NCBI GenBank assembly: GCA_963664305.2
Contig: CAXXLV010000002.1
Span: 576,001 to 640,000 of the forward strand
Direction of reading: 5' to 3'
Source: an uncultured Aliarcobacter sp.
Lineage (GTDB): Bacteria > Campylobacterota > Campylobacteria > Campylobacterales > Arcobacteraceae
DNA length: 64,000 bases
This document shows positions 1 through 9,926 of this stretch, one piece after another (position 1 is the stretch's first letter; each line of letters opens with the position of its first letter). The notes beneath the pieces were generated by a model, which was not told the DNA's origin, searched no databases, and saw nothing but the letters and a program-made list of their open reading frames with translations. The position numbers were made by a program, and so were the translations under genes.

Positions 1-1279
1 TAACACCAGCCACATTAGGACCCATCGCATGCATTAATAAAATGTTCGATTTGTCATAAAGTTGACCTTCTTTACTAACAACCCTTGCTGCCATTGGCAC
101 AGCAGATACTCCAGCTGCTCCAATTAAAGGATTTATTTGACTCTCTTTTGAACTTACTAAATTCATGATTTTTGCCATTATTACACCCATTGCAGTTCCT
201 GCAGCAAATGCTAAAAGACCAATTGCCATAATACCTAATGTCTCAGCTACTAAGAATTGCTCTGATGCTAGTTTTGAACCAACACCTAATCCTAAAAATA
301 TTGTTACAATATTAATTAATGCGTTTTGCATTGTATCAGAAAGTCTATCAACAACTCCTGATTCCCTTGCAAAATTTCCAAAACATAATGCTCCAATTAA
401 TGGTGCAGCATCTGGTAAAATTAATAAAGTTAAAGATAATACCACTAATGGAAATACAATTTTTTCTAACTTAGAAACCTTTCTAAGTGTAGACATTTTT
501 ATTTTTCTCTCTTTTTCAGTAGTTAATACTCTCATAATTGGTGGTTGAATTAGTGGTACTAATGCCATATATGAATAAGCAGCAACAGCAATAGCTCCAA
601 GTAATTCAGGTGCAAGTTTTGAAGCAACGAAAATTGATGTTGGTCCATCAGCTCCACCAATAATAGAAATTGCAGCAGCTTGTTCTAATGTAAAGTTAAT
701 TCCTGGAACAAATTGTGCTAATAACACTGCACCAACTAATGATCCAAAGATTCCAAATTGTGCAGCTCCACCTAATAATGCAGTTTTTGGATTAGCTAAT
801 AATGGACCAAAGTCTGTCATAGCTCCAACACCCATAAAGATTAATAATGGGAAGAATTGATTTGTAATACCCATACTATAAATAATTCCTAACATTCCAT
901 CATGTCCTGCCATATTTGCTATAGGAATATTTGCTAATAATCCACCAAATCCAATAGGAATTAATAATAATGGTTCAAACCCTTTTTTAATTGCTAAATA
1001 GAATAATAAGAAACAGATGAAAATCATGATGATTCTTCCATACCCTTGAGCAAAGAATGTCATCTCTTTTCCATGTGAATCTAATACACCAGCTTGCGGT
1101 TCAAACAAGGCTTTAATACCAGTTGTTGCATAAAACGAATCAACTAGTTCACCCATTGTTTTTGAATGATAAGGCTGTTTTTCTTCTGTTGGTGTTTCAA
1201 CACTTGGTGTTGAAGCAAAACTATTTAGTGCAAATGCACTAAATAGAAGAAAAATTGCTATTAATATATTTTTTTTCAT
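1..1279 (-). CDS. oadB: Na+-translocating (oxaloacetate) decarboxylase beta subunit, 3' end runs off window
   Basis: Manual translation from ATG at 1279: [23 protein letters not shown]...[39 protein letters not shown]...[12 protein letters not shown] (OadB signature); follows oadG/oadA. Confidence 0.93.
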   Translation of the reverse strand, partial: MKKNILIAIFLLFSAFALNSFASTPSVETPTEEKQPYHSKTMGELVDSFYATTGIKALFEPQAGVLDSHGKEMTFFAQGYGRIIMIFICFLLFYLAIKKGFEPLLLIPIGFGGLLANIPIANMAGHDGMLGIIYSMGITNQFFPLLIFMGVGAMTDFGPLLANPKTALLGGAAQFGIFGSLVGAVLLAQFVPGINFTLEQAAAISIIGGADGPTSIFVASKLAPELLGAIAVAAYSYMALVPLIQPPIMRVLTTEKERKIKMSTLRKVSKLEKIVFPLVVLSLTLLILPDAAPLIGALCFGNFARESGVVDRLSDTMQNALINIVTIFLGLGVGSKLASEQFLVAETLGIMAIGLLAFAAGTAMGVIMAKIMNLVSSKESQINPLIGAAGVSAVPMAARVVSKEGQLYDKSNILLMHAMGPNVAGV

Positions 1280-1296
1280 TAATTACCCTCAAATTA

Positions 1297-3111
1297 TTAA
1301 CCAATAATGGCTAATGTTTGTCCTTCATCAACAGCTTGTGTATTTTCAACTAAAATCTTAGTAATAACTCCAGAAACTGGTGCAGTTATATCTATTTCCA
1401 TTTTCATTGCTTCAAGAATCATGATTTGTTGATCTTTTTCAACTCTATCACCTTCTTTTACTAAAATTTTCCAAACAGCTCCATTTACAGCAGCTGGTAC
1501 TTCAGTTCCACCATTTGAAGCAGGTGTTGAAGCAGCAGGTGCTGAACTTACTGTATTTGAAACAGGAGTTACTTGAATATCTGCATTTCCTTCAGCAATT
1601 GTTACATTAAATCTTTGTCCATCAACTACAACTGTATAGTTTCCACTAGCATTTGCCATTTTATTCTCTCCTAATTTACAATCTTTATTATCTTCACAAA
1701 CAGTATCATTTTTTCTTACATTTAAAGGTGATTCACCTTTTAAGAATGCAATTCCTTTTTCATCACAAGCAGCAGCAATAAAGATATTTTCTTCAGTTGC
1801 TTCAATTCCTTCAATTTCTAATCTTTGTTTCCAAACAGAGATTTTTTTCTTTTCATCTCTATCTGCGATATCTAAAGGATTTTCACATGTAGGTTCAAGT
1901 TTTAGTTTTTCAGCTGCAAGTCTTACTACTTCAGCATCTGGTTCAACTGGAGTTTTACCAAAGTAACCTAAAACCATTTTTCCATAACCAGGAGCAATTT
2001 GTTTCCATGGACCAAACATAACATTTGCGTATGCTTGTTGCCAATAGAATTGTGAAACTGGAGTTACAGATGTACCATATCCACCTTTTTCAACAACTTC
2101 TCTCATAGCTTTAATAACTTCTGGGAATTTATCTAAAGTTCCATTATCTCTCATCATTTGAGTATTTGCAGTTAATGCACCACCTGGCATTGGAGAGAAT
2201 GGAATTAAAGGAGAAACTTGTGTAGCTTCTGGTGGGATAAAGTAATCTTTTAAGCAGTTAGCTAATACATCTTGGTATTTTAGAATTTTATCAATTTCTA
2301 AACCACCTAAATCGTAGTTTTTACCTTTTACTGCATGAAGCATAGTTAAAATATCTGGTTGAGAAGTTCCACCACTAACAGGAGAGGCAGCTAAATCTAT
2401 ACCATCAGCTCCAGCTTCTAAAGCTGCTAAATAACAAGATACAGAAACACCAGCTGTTTCATGAGTATGAAGTCTAATATGAGTATCATTACCCACTAAT
2501 CTTCTTGCCATTTGGATTGTTTCATAAATTTTTTGAGGAGATGAAGTACCTGATGCATCTTTAAAGCATAAAGAATCAAATGGTAACCCACTATCAAGAA
2601 TATTTCTTAAAGTTTTTTCATAGAAAGGTACATCATGAGCACCAGTACAACCTGGAGGTAAATCCATAAGTGTAACAACTACTTCATGGTTAAGACCATA
2701 TTTTTTAATACATTCAGCACTATATTCAAGATTTTGAACATCATTTAATGCATCAAAGTTTCTAATTGTTGTTGTTCCATGTTTTGCAAACATTTTTGCA
2801 TGTAAGTCGATTAATTCTCTAGAACCAGTATCAAGCATTACAGTGTTGATACCTCTAGCTAAAGTTTGTAAGTTTGCATCTGGTCCAACGATTTCTCTAA
2901 ATTTGTCCATCATTTCAAATGCGTTTTCTTGTAGATAGAAGAATAAAGATTGGAATCTTGCTCCTCCACCAAACTCAAAGTGAGTTATACCTGCTTCTTT
3001 TGCAGCTTCTACGGCTGGAAAGAAATCTTTCATTAGGACTCTTCCCCCAAAGACAGATTGGAATCCATCTCTAAAAGTTGTATCCATGATATCTATATAT
3101 TTTTTAGACAT
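1297..3111 (-). CDS. oadA: Biotin-dependent carboxyltransferase with biotin carrier domain (oxaloacetate decarboxylase alpha / PycB-like)
   Basis: DTTFRDGFQS, KDASG and HTH metal motifs; C-terminal EAMKM biotinylation site; flanked by oadG and oadB. Confidence 0.88.
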   Translation of the reverse strand: MSKKYIDIMDTTFRDGFQSVFGGRVLMKDFFPAVEAAKEAGITHFEFGGGARFQSLFFYLQENAFEMMDKFREIVGPDANLQTLARGINTVMLDTGSRELIDLHAKMFAKHGTTTIRNFDALNDVQNLEYSAECIKKYGLNHEVVVTLMDLPPGCTGAHDVPFYEKTLRNILDSGLPFDSLCFKDASGTSSPQKIYETIQMARRLVGNDTHIRLHTHETAGVSVSCYLAALEAGADGIDLAASPVSGGTSQPDILTMLHAVKGKNYDLGGLEIDKILKYQDVLANCLKDYFIPPEATQVSPLIPFSPMPGGALTANTQMMRDNGTLDKFPEVIKAMREVVEKGGYGTSVTPVSQFYWQQAYANVMFGPWKQIAPGYGKMVLGYFGKTPVEPDAEVVRLAAEKLKLEPTCENPLDIADRDEKKKISVWKQRLEIEGIEATEENIFIAAACDEKGIAFLKGESPLNVRKNDTVCEDNKDCKLGENKMANASGNYTVVVDGQRFNVTIAEGNADIQVTPVSNTVSSAPAASTPASNGGTEVPAAVNGAVWKILVKEGDRVEKDQQIMILEAMKMEIDITAPVSGVITKILVENTQAVDEGQTLAIIG

Positions 3112-3116
3112 ATATT

Positions 3117-3365
3117 TTAACCCTTCAGATTTTTATGATGTTGTATTGCTGCTACTATTGCAGCCATTTTTGCAGCTTCAGTTTTTCCGTTATTTGTTAC
3201 TATTGGAGTATTATTTACTGGTTTCTTTTCTTCTTGTGGAAAAAACTTTGTTAATATTATCCCTTGTGCTTTTAGTACAAATATCATTATTGTTAGGAAT
3301 GCAAATACTACTCCCATCCCTAAAAACATAAACTTTACTGATTCTGCGATTAAGTTTACTTCCAT
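3117..3365 (-). CDS. oadG: OadG family decarboxylase gamma subunit
   Basis: MFLGMGVVFAFLTIMI TM segment, C-terminal AAIVAAIQHH; start placed at ATG 3365 behind a GGAG RBS. Confidence 0.9.
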   Translation of the reverse strand: MEVNLIAESVKFMFLGMGVVFAFLTIMIFVLKAQGIILTKFFPQEEKKPVNNTPIVTNNGKTEAAKMAAIVAAIQHHKNLKG

Positions 3366-3484
3366 ATTATTCTCCATGGTTACCACTTGTTAATATCAAC
3401 GTAATAATATATAAAAGTTGCTTTAGTAATATTTATATTTTTGATAGATTTTTACTAAATTTATAAATTTTTTGTTTTTTTTGA

Positions 3485-3580
3485 TTAAAGGATTTTATCA
3501 CCAAACTCATAAATAAATGTATCAATTATTTTAATAAATTTAATTACATTGTCTTTTGTTTTATTTATTTTCATTACCAT
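3485..3580 (-). CDS. Putative 31-aa small protein divergent from the S24 repressor
   Basis: AAGGA RBS then ATG; MVMKINKTKDNVIKFIKIIDTFIYEFGDKIL*. Confidence 0.45.
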   Translation of the reverse strand: MVMKINKTKDNVIKFIKIIDTFIYEFGDKIL

Positions 3581-3634
3581 AAATCATCCTTTTAAATAAA
3601 ATATTTCAAATTTTATAAAAAAAATAAAATACAC

Positions 3635-3663
3635 TTGAAAAATATTTCAATTTGTAATATAAT
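3635..3663 (+). promoter_or_regulatory. Sigma70 promoter with overlapping palindrome (candidate operator)
   Basis: TTGAAA(3635)-17 nt-TATAAT(3658); inverted repeat TTGAAA-AATA-TTTCAA at 3635-3650. Confidence 0.6.
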
Positions 3664-3693
3664 TATTTAAAGAATACATCAAAAGGAGTTAAA

Positions 3694-4350
3694 ATGTTAA
3701 TAGTTGATGAAATTATAGAAAAGTTAAAAGATATAATTAGTGCAGATGGAAAGAATGGAAAAGTATTTGATAAAGATGTTGCAGAATCTCTTGAATTAAG
3801 CCAAGCAAATTTTGCAACTATGAAAAATAGAGGAAAAATACCTTTTTCAAATATTTTAAACTTTTGTGCAAAAAAGAAGATATCAATTAATTGGCTTTTA
3901 TATAACCAAAATCCAGGTTCATTAGTGGATACTACTGATAAGTATTGGATTAAATACTATCCTTCTATTGCTGTTAGTGCTGGAGGTGGAGCTTATGAAG
4001 CAGAAGATAATTATGAATCTTTAGAATTACCAACATATTTTGTAAATATGTTAGGAGGAAAAGAAAATTTAAAAAATATTGATGCCATAAATGTTGTGGG
4101 TGATTCAATGGAACCAACATTAAATAGTGATAATATTATATTTGTTGATAAAACAAAAAAAGATGTGACAAGAGATGGAATTTATGCTTTTACTACTACT
4201 CATGGATTATTTGTAAAAAGAATTCAAAGACGTGTAGATGGAAAACTTGATATTATTTCTGATAATAAAGATTATCCATCTCAAATATTAAATAAAAATG
4301 ATTTAGAAATTTTAGGAAAAGTGATAAGCTCTTTTGGATTAGTATATTAA
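3694..4350 (+). CDS. CI/LexA-like HTH repressor with S24 autopeptidase domain
   Basis: N-terminal phage-CI-type HTH, Ala-Gly cleavage site VSAGGG, catalytic GDSMEP (Ser) and FVKR (Lys). Confidence 0.88.
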   Translation: MLIVDEIIEKLKDIISADGKNGKVFDKDVAESLELSQANFATMKNRGKIPFSNILNFCAKKKISINWLLYNQNPGSLVDTTDKYWIKYYPSIAVSAGGGAYEAEDNYESLELPTYFVNMLGGKENLKNIDAINVVGDSMEPTLNSDNIIFVDKTKKDVTRDGIYAFTTTHGLFVKRIQRRVDGKLDIISDNKDYPSQILNKNDLEILGKVISSFGLVY

Positions 4351-4351
4351 T

Positions 4352-5350
4352 CTAGAAGAGTGTTAAAACTTTTTCTGATTTCATAAAATATTCATATACT
4401 TCTTTATAATCAAAACCTATAATATAAATACAATTGAATTTTAAATCTTTAATTATAGGTTTTAATTTTTCTAAATCATCAATTATAATTTGTTCTTCAT
4501 CTTCTAAAAAATCTATTTTAAGAGCTGATATAAAAATTGTTTTTGCGTATTTATATTTTTCTTTTATATAGATAATTTCATCTTGATATAACTCTTTATT
4601 ATTTTGACAAATTATAAATTTATCACTTTTCCCAAATTCAATTAAATTAAGATTTTTATCTAAAAATAGGGGCTTTAAATGATAAAAAGATTTTAATTTA
4701 GAAAAATCTAAATTTTGATTAAATAAATTAAAAATTCTAATAAAATTTTTTAAATATAAGCTAGAAATCTTTAATCTTGAAAAATAATTACCTTTATATG
4801 AAAAAGAAGTTTCAAATAAAGAGTGTTCAATTAAATTGTCAATTTCATTTAAATTTATAGTTTTGTCAAAATTAAAACAATTTGGATATATTTTATCTAG
4901 ATTGTTTTTATCAGATGAAATTAAAATATCATTATTTTCAATATCATCAATAATTTTAAAAAAATTTTCTAGTTTTTGAGGTACTAATTTTATATTTTCA
5001 TCAAAATTATTTGAATAAATTTTTAATAAATCATAAGTAGCTTTTTCACAATAATAGACTTCAAGATTTTTAACTGCAAGTTTAAATCTTATTAATTTTA
5101 CGACAGATAATTCTATATTTTTAACCTTTATCCAAGCTATTTCATTATCTATTATTGGATAATTCTCTTCTAAAATTATTGCAAATGCACCATTTTTAAT
5201 TGCAAGTTCAATTTCATCTAAATTTTTAGTGATAAATAAATCACCTTCTTTAACTTTATTTACATTTGTTTTGATTGAATATATAAAAGAGATTGATGGA
5301 GAGTTTAATAAACTTCCATCAACTATATCTAAAATAGATGAAATCTGCAC
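4352..5350 (-). CDS. Conserved Campylobacterota hypothetical protein, N-terminus like a Mur-ligase N domain
   Basis: 332-aa ORF coupled to the metG stop; KVKEGDLFI...AIKNGAFAII motif. Confidence 0.6.
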   Translation of the reverse strand: MQISSILDIVDGSLLNSPSISFIYSIKTNVNKVKEGDLFITKNLDEIELAIKNGAFAIILEENYPIIDNEIAWIKVKNIELSVVKLIRFKLAVKNLEVYYCEKATYDLLKIYSNNFDENIKLVPQKLENFFKIIDDIENNDILISSDKNNLDKIYPNCFNFDKTINLNEIDNLIEHSLFETSFSYKGNYFSRLKISSLYLKNFIRIFNLFNQNLDFSKLKSFYHLKPLFLDKNLNLIEFGKSDKFIICQNNKELYQDEIIYIKEKYKYAKTIFISALKIDFLEDEEQIIIDDLEKLKPIIKDLKFNCIYIIGFDYKEVYEYFMKSEKVLTLF

Positions 5351-7308
5351 TAGCTTATTTTTGTCCCAGATTTTTTAGGAGCTTCTGGTCTTAATAATGA
5401 TAAACCATTTTCATCTTTGGCTGCCATTAACATACCTTCACTAAGCATTCCCATAAGTTTTGCAGGTTTTAAGTTTGCAACAACACAAGCTTGAGTCCCT
5501 ACTAATTCTCCAGCAGAATAATATTCTTTAATCCCAGCTAAGATTTGTCTATTTCTTCCTTCTCCTAAATCTACTTGTAATTTTAGAAGTTTTGCAGATT
5601 TTGGAACTTCAACTGCCTCAACAATTGTTCCAATTTTTAAAGTTGTTTGGAAAAATTGGTCTATAGTAATTAAATTATCATCTTCTTCTTTTTTCTCTTC
5701 AATTTTTGCAACTTTTTTTGTTTCACATTCAGCTTTTGTTTCATCTGCAACAGGAGGTTGTTCTAAAAGAATTTCTTCAATTCTTGGGAATAGCTGATCA
5801 ACTTTTGTTATAACTGTATCAGATAATAATTCTTGATTTTTTATTAGTTTATTAAAAGTTTCAGTATCAATATTCATACCTAAAGAATGTGCTATTAATT
5901 TAATTTTTTCAGGCATTACAGAATCTAAAAGTAGGGCAACTTTAGCCATAATATTTGTAATTAAAGCAACTAAAGCCATTGCTTCAGCAGTTTTTCCATC
6001 TTTCATTAGATTCCAAGGTTCATAATCATTAATTGCTTTATTAGCAATTGTTAAAACTTTCCAAATTTCTTCAAGATATCTGTTAATTTGCATATTAAAT
6101 AAGTAGTTTTCAACACTTCCTAAAATAGAATGAACTTCTTCAAGTTCTTTTGCATGGAATTTTGATACATCAACTGAACTAACTTTGTAATCAAAATATT
6201 TTCCACTCATTCCAGAAATTCTATTTAATAAGTTTCCTAAATCATTTCCTAAATCAGAGTTAATTCTATCAATTAGTGCTTTTTGAGAAAAATCTCCATC
6301 TTGACCAAATGGAACTTCTCTTAACATAAAATATCTAAATGCATCAAGTCCATAAGCATCAGCTACTTCTTTAGGATTTACTACATTACCTTTTGATTTA
6401 GACATTTTTTCACCATCTCTTGTCCACCAACCATGAGCTGCAATATGTTTTGGAAGAGGTAATTCCAAAGACATTAAAAATGCTGGCCAATAAATAGCAT
6501 GGAATCTTAAGATATCTTTTCCTACAAGTTGAACATTCGCTGGCCAGAAATCCATATTTTTATTGTCAGTCCCATATCCTAAAGCCGTGATATAGTTCAT
6601 AAGTGCATCTAACCAAACATACATAACATGTTTTGGTTCATTCATTGATTCTGGTAATTTTACTCCCCAGTCAAAAGAAGTTCTTGAAATTGATAAATCT
6701 TTTAATCCACCTTTTACAAAGTTAACTATCTCATTTTTTTTACTTCTTGGTAAGATACAATCTTCATTTTCTTCATACCATTTGATTAATTTATCTTCAT
6801 ATTTTGATAATTTAAAGAAGTAACTCTCTTCCTTTACTATTGAAGTTGGTCTTCCACAATCAGGACAGAATTGCTCATCTACTAATTGTTTTTCAGTAAA
6901 AAATGTTTCACAAGATACACAGTAAAAACCTTCGTATTCACCTTTGTAAATGTCACCTTTATTAAACATTGTTTCAAATGCTTTTTGAACACCAGCTTTA
7001 TGCTCAACATCTGTTGTTCTAATAAATTTATTATATGTTATACCAAAATCATCCCATAACGTTCTAAATTTACCAGATATTTCATCTGCATACTCTTTTG
7101 GAGTTTTACCTCTAGCTTCTGCACTTTGTGCTATTTTTTGACCATGTTCATCAGTTCCTGTTAGAAAAAATGTCTCATGACCCATAAGTCTTGAATATCT
7201 AGCTAGCATATCAGCGATAATTGTCGTATATGCATGACCAATGTGAGCTACATCATTTACATAATAAATTGGTGTTGTTATATAAACATTTTTACAAGAT
7301 TCTTGCAT
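5350..7308 (-). CDS. metG: Methionine--tRNA ligase
   Basis: YITTPIYYVN, HIGH, KMSKS, C-terminal tRNA-binding domain. Confidence 0.98.
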   Translation of the reverse strand: MQESCKNVYITTPIYYVNDVAHIGHAYTTIIADMLARYSRLMGHETFFLTGTDEHGQKIAQSAEARGKTPKEYADEISGKFRTLWDDFGITYNKFIRTTDVEHKAGVQKAFETMFNKGDIYKGEYEGFYCVSCETFFTEKQLVDEQFCPDCGRPTSIVKEESYFFKLSKYEDKLIKWYEENEDCILPRSKKNEIVNFVKGGLKDLSISRTSFDWGVKLPESMNEPKHVMYVWLDALMNYITALGYGTDNKNMDFWPANVQLVGKDILRFHAIYWPAFLMSLELPLPKHIAAHGWWTRDGEKMSKSKGNVVNPKEVADAYGLDAFRYFMLREVPFGQDGDFSQKALIDRINSDLGNDLGNLLNRISGMSGKYFDYKVSSVDVSKFHAKELEEVHSILGSVENYLFNMQINRYLEEIWKVLTIANKAINDYEPWNLMKDGKTAEAMALVALITNIMAKVALLLDSVMPEKIKLIAHSLGMNIDTETFNKLIKNQELLSDTVITKVDQLFPRIEEILLEQPPVADETKAECETKKVAKIEEKKEEDDNLITIDQFFQTTLKIGTIVEAVEVPKSAKLLKLQVDLGEGRNRQILAGIKEYYSAGELVGTQACVVANLKPAKLMGMLSEGMLMAAKDENGLSLLRPEAPKKSGTKIS

Positions 7309-7322
7309 TCTTACCTCTTTTT

Positions 7323-7529
7323 TTAAAATTCAAATCCACCGCCAGAACCTTTATTCATCGATTCATAAACAGCAATAACATATTTTTTTCTTAATTCACA
7401 TTCAAAAAATTGACTACAAGGAGTACAAGATTTTAAACTATTTGATTCTTGACAATTTTTCAATTCAACTAGCATTTTATCTAGTTTTAAATCCCATTCG
7501 TCAATTATAATTTCTTCGTGATCAGACAT
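7323..7529 (-). CDS. Small Cys-rich conserved hypothetical protein
   Basis: 68 aa, C-x7-C-x2-C-x4-C, overlaps fbp stop. Confidence 0.7.
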   Translation of the reverse strand: MSDHEEIIIDEWDLKLDKMLVELKNCQESNSLKSCTPCSQFFECELRKKYVIAVYESMNKGSGGGFEF

Positions 7530-8364
7530 TTTTACTATAAACTTCTAAAACTCTTTTAATTTCAGTATTTGAACCAAAAAAACATGGAGTTGTATCATGA
7601 ATATGAGTAGTTTCTACTTCTAAAACTCTTTTAAATCCATCAACAGCTTGCCCACCAGCTTTTTCATAAGCTAATGCAAATGGGAAAACTTCAAATAATT
7701 GTCTTAATTTACCTTTTGGTCTATCACTTGTTCCTGGATATGAGAATAATCCTCCACCTTTTAGTAATATTTGATGAAGATCTGGAACCATACCACCAGA
7801 ATATCTTAATCTATAACCATCATTGAAAATATCATCAATTAATTGTTTATGAAATGGTGCCCAACAGTTTTGAGTAGAACCTGGAGCATTTAATTTACCT
7901 TTTTCATTTAATTTAATATTTTGAATAAATTTAAATTCACCATTTAATAATCTATACATTTTTACATCTGTTGTAGTTACAACCATTTCAACTCTTGGAC
8001 CAAATACAACATAAACAGAAGCAACTATATTTTTTGCATTAAATTCATTTTCATAAATACCAAAAATTGAACCAACTGAAAGATTTACGTCAACTAAAGA
8101 TGAACCATCAAGTGGATCATAAGCAATTAGATATTTACCATCTTCATGTAAATTAACTATAGCTTCTTGCTCTTCACTAACTATTGCTTTAATACTTGGA
8201 ATTTTTTTGAAAATATTCTCAATAATCTCATCACTTTCAATATCAAGTTTTAATTGCGTATCACCAGTTGAGTTTTCAGATTCACTTTTCCCTGTATCAC
8301 CTGTTTCAATTAAATATTTTATTTTTATAGCTGATTCTTCAATTGCTTTAATTATTTCTTGCAT
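7522..8364 (-). CDS. fbp: Class 1 fructose-1,6-bisphosphatase
   Basis: [24 protein letters not shown] motifs. Confidence 0.96.
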   Translation of the reverse strand: MQEIIKAIEESAIKIKYLIETGDTGKSESENSTGDTQLKLDIESDEIIENIFKKIPSIKAIVSEEQEAIVNLHEDGKYLIAYDPLDGSSLVDVNLSVGSIFGIYENEFNAKNIVASVYVVFGPRVEMVVTTTDVKMYRLLNGEFKFIQNIKLNEKGKLNAPGSTQNCWAPFHKQLIDDIFNDGYRLRYSGGMVPDLHQILLKGGGLFSYPGTSDRPKGKLRQLFEVFPFALAYEKAGGQAVDGFKRVLEVETTHIHDTTPCFFGSNTEIKRVLEVYSKNV

Positions 8365-8366
8365 TT

Positions 8367-8864
8367 TTACACTCTTTTTGCATTTTTATTTATCCAAGAG
8401 ATTAAATCTTCTGGATTATTTAAATCTAATTTTTCAATATTGTTTGGAATATCATTTTCATCAATAGTTTCATCACAAGCAATTGCATCTGTTACATTAA
8501 AATAACTTTCATCTAATCTATCTCTAAAAATTGAAATTCTAGGAAGTTCTAAAGTTTTTAATCCTTCAACTAATAAATAATCAAAATCTTCAAAAAGTTC
8601 TATTAATTCATCAATTGTAGATGTAGATTTTTTAAATAAAGTTGTTTTATTTGGGCTTACAACTGCAACGTCAGCACCTGTTTGAGAAAATTTAAAGGAA
8701 TCTTTTCCTTCTCTATCAAACATAGCTTTATCTTTTGGATCATGTTTTACAATACATACTTTAAAACCTTGATCTTGAAGAATACTTGCAACTTTTACAA
8801 TGGCTGTTGTTTTACCACTATTTGATGGTCCTGAAAAGGCTACTACTAATCTTTTTTTATTCAT
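8367..8864 (-). CDS. mobB: Molybdopterin-guanine dinucleotide biosynthesis protein B
   Basis: [10 protein letters not shown]-loop, KHDPKD, GKDS, VEG motifs. Confidence 0.92.
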   Translation of the reverse strand: MNKKRLVVAFSGPSNSGKTTAIVKVASILQDQGFKVCIVKHDPKDKAMFDREGKDSFKFSQTGADVAVVSPNKTTLFKKSTSTIDELIELFEDFDYLLVEGLKTLELPRISIFRDRLDESYFNVTDAIACDETIDENDIPNNIEKLDLNNPEDLISWINKNAKRV

Positions 8865-8916
8865 AAGTCGGATTTTATCTAAATGATTGTTAAACTTAAT
8901 TTACATCAGAAATATA

Positions 8917-9303
8917 TTATTCTTTTATTGTTTGTATTCTTTTAAAATCAGGATAAACAAAAGCACTAAAAGGAACAAATAAAATTAAAGTAATCCAAAG
9001 AAGTTTATTATTTTTTCTTTTAAAATTATTTTTTAAAATAGAAAATAATGAATATAACCAAACAACTATGTAATTTATTGCAAAAATTATAATAAATATT
9101 AAAATTTGAAAATAGAAAGCAAGTCCTAATAATAAGCTATTTAAAATAATTTGAATGATTAAAAGTTTTGGAGTATATTTTTCACTCATCTCTATATAAC
9201 CTGAGTTCATAATATTTGAATATGTAATTTCAGGTGAGTTTTTTCTTAAACTACTTCGTAATCTACCGTTTAATTTAATTCTTTCATTTTTAGTTTTTAT
9301 CAT
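8917..9303 (-). CDS. Hypothetical membrane protein
   Basis: 128 aa with ~3 hydrophobic segments. Confidence 0.6.
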   Translation of the reverse strand: MIKTKNERIKLNGRLRSSLRKNSPEITYSNIMNSGYIEMSEKYTPKLLIIQIILNSLLLGLAFYFQILIFIIIFAINYIVVWLYSLFSILKNNFKRKNNKLLWITLILFVPFSAFVYPDFKRIQTIKE

Positions 9304-9440
9304 AGTTAATTCTTTAGTTTATTTTATTATTTATTAAAAATTATTATTTTTTCCATCATACCATTTTTTTGTTAATTTTTTATAAAAATATTTTTTAAAG
9401 CCTTTGTAGTGTAAAATCAGACCAATAAAAGTTTGGAGAG

Positions 9441-9926
9441 ATGATGTATAAAATAGTATTTCTTTTATTTATTTCACTTTTTTTTGTTTCTTGTGGACCT
9501 AAAAATAGTGCATTTAGATATTTTGAAAAAAAAGATGTAGAAACAAGAGGTATTCAGTATACTAAAAAAGCTGATATATTAAAAGATAAAGAAGTTGATG
9601 TAATTTTTATAGCAACGTATTTAAATAAAATTGATAAAAAAATATCAGATTCAAAAAATGAAGTGTTTTTAGTATTTACATATTTTTCAAACAAAGAATC
9701 TCAAAATATAGAAGATAACAATTATCAAGTTGTTTTAAATGATAAAGAACCAATAGTTTTGGAAAAAGTAGAAAAAGATAATGAAAACTTTAAAGATTTA
9801 ATGTTAAAAAATCATTGGGGAAATTATTATTTAGTTAAATTTGACTCAATTGGAGAAACAAATTCTTTAAAATTAGAATTAAAAAATTCAGAGTCTAGTA
9901 GGGCGATACTAGACTTTGAAAAATAG
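9441..9926 (+). CDS. Hypothetical lipoprotein
   Basis: Signal peptide ending in lipobox FFVSC. Confidence 0.75.
   Translation: MMYKIVFLLFISLFFVSCGPKNSAFRYFEKKDVETRGIQYTKKADILKDKEVDVIFIATYLNKIDKKISDSKNEVFLVFTYFSNKESQNIEDNNYQVVLNDKEPIVLEKVEKDNENFKDLMLKNHWGNYYLVKFDSIGETNSLKLELKNSESSRAILDFEK

Noticed and set aside
165..548. Plus-strand 127-aa ORF
   Set aside because: Antisense shadow of oadB. The same applies to the other short antisense ORFs in the track (e.g. 8207, 17949, 21394, 35665, 42337, 55558).
3694..4350. Prophage immunity region
   Set aside because: Flanked by housekeeping genes; no other phage genes in the window.
9895..9926. 32-bp convergent overlap of the lipoprotein gene and slt
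   Set aside because: Short 3' overlaps are common in compact Campylobacterota genomes.
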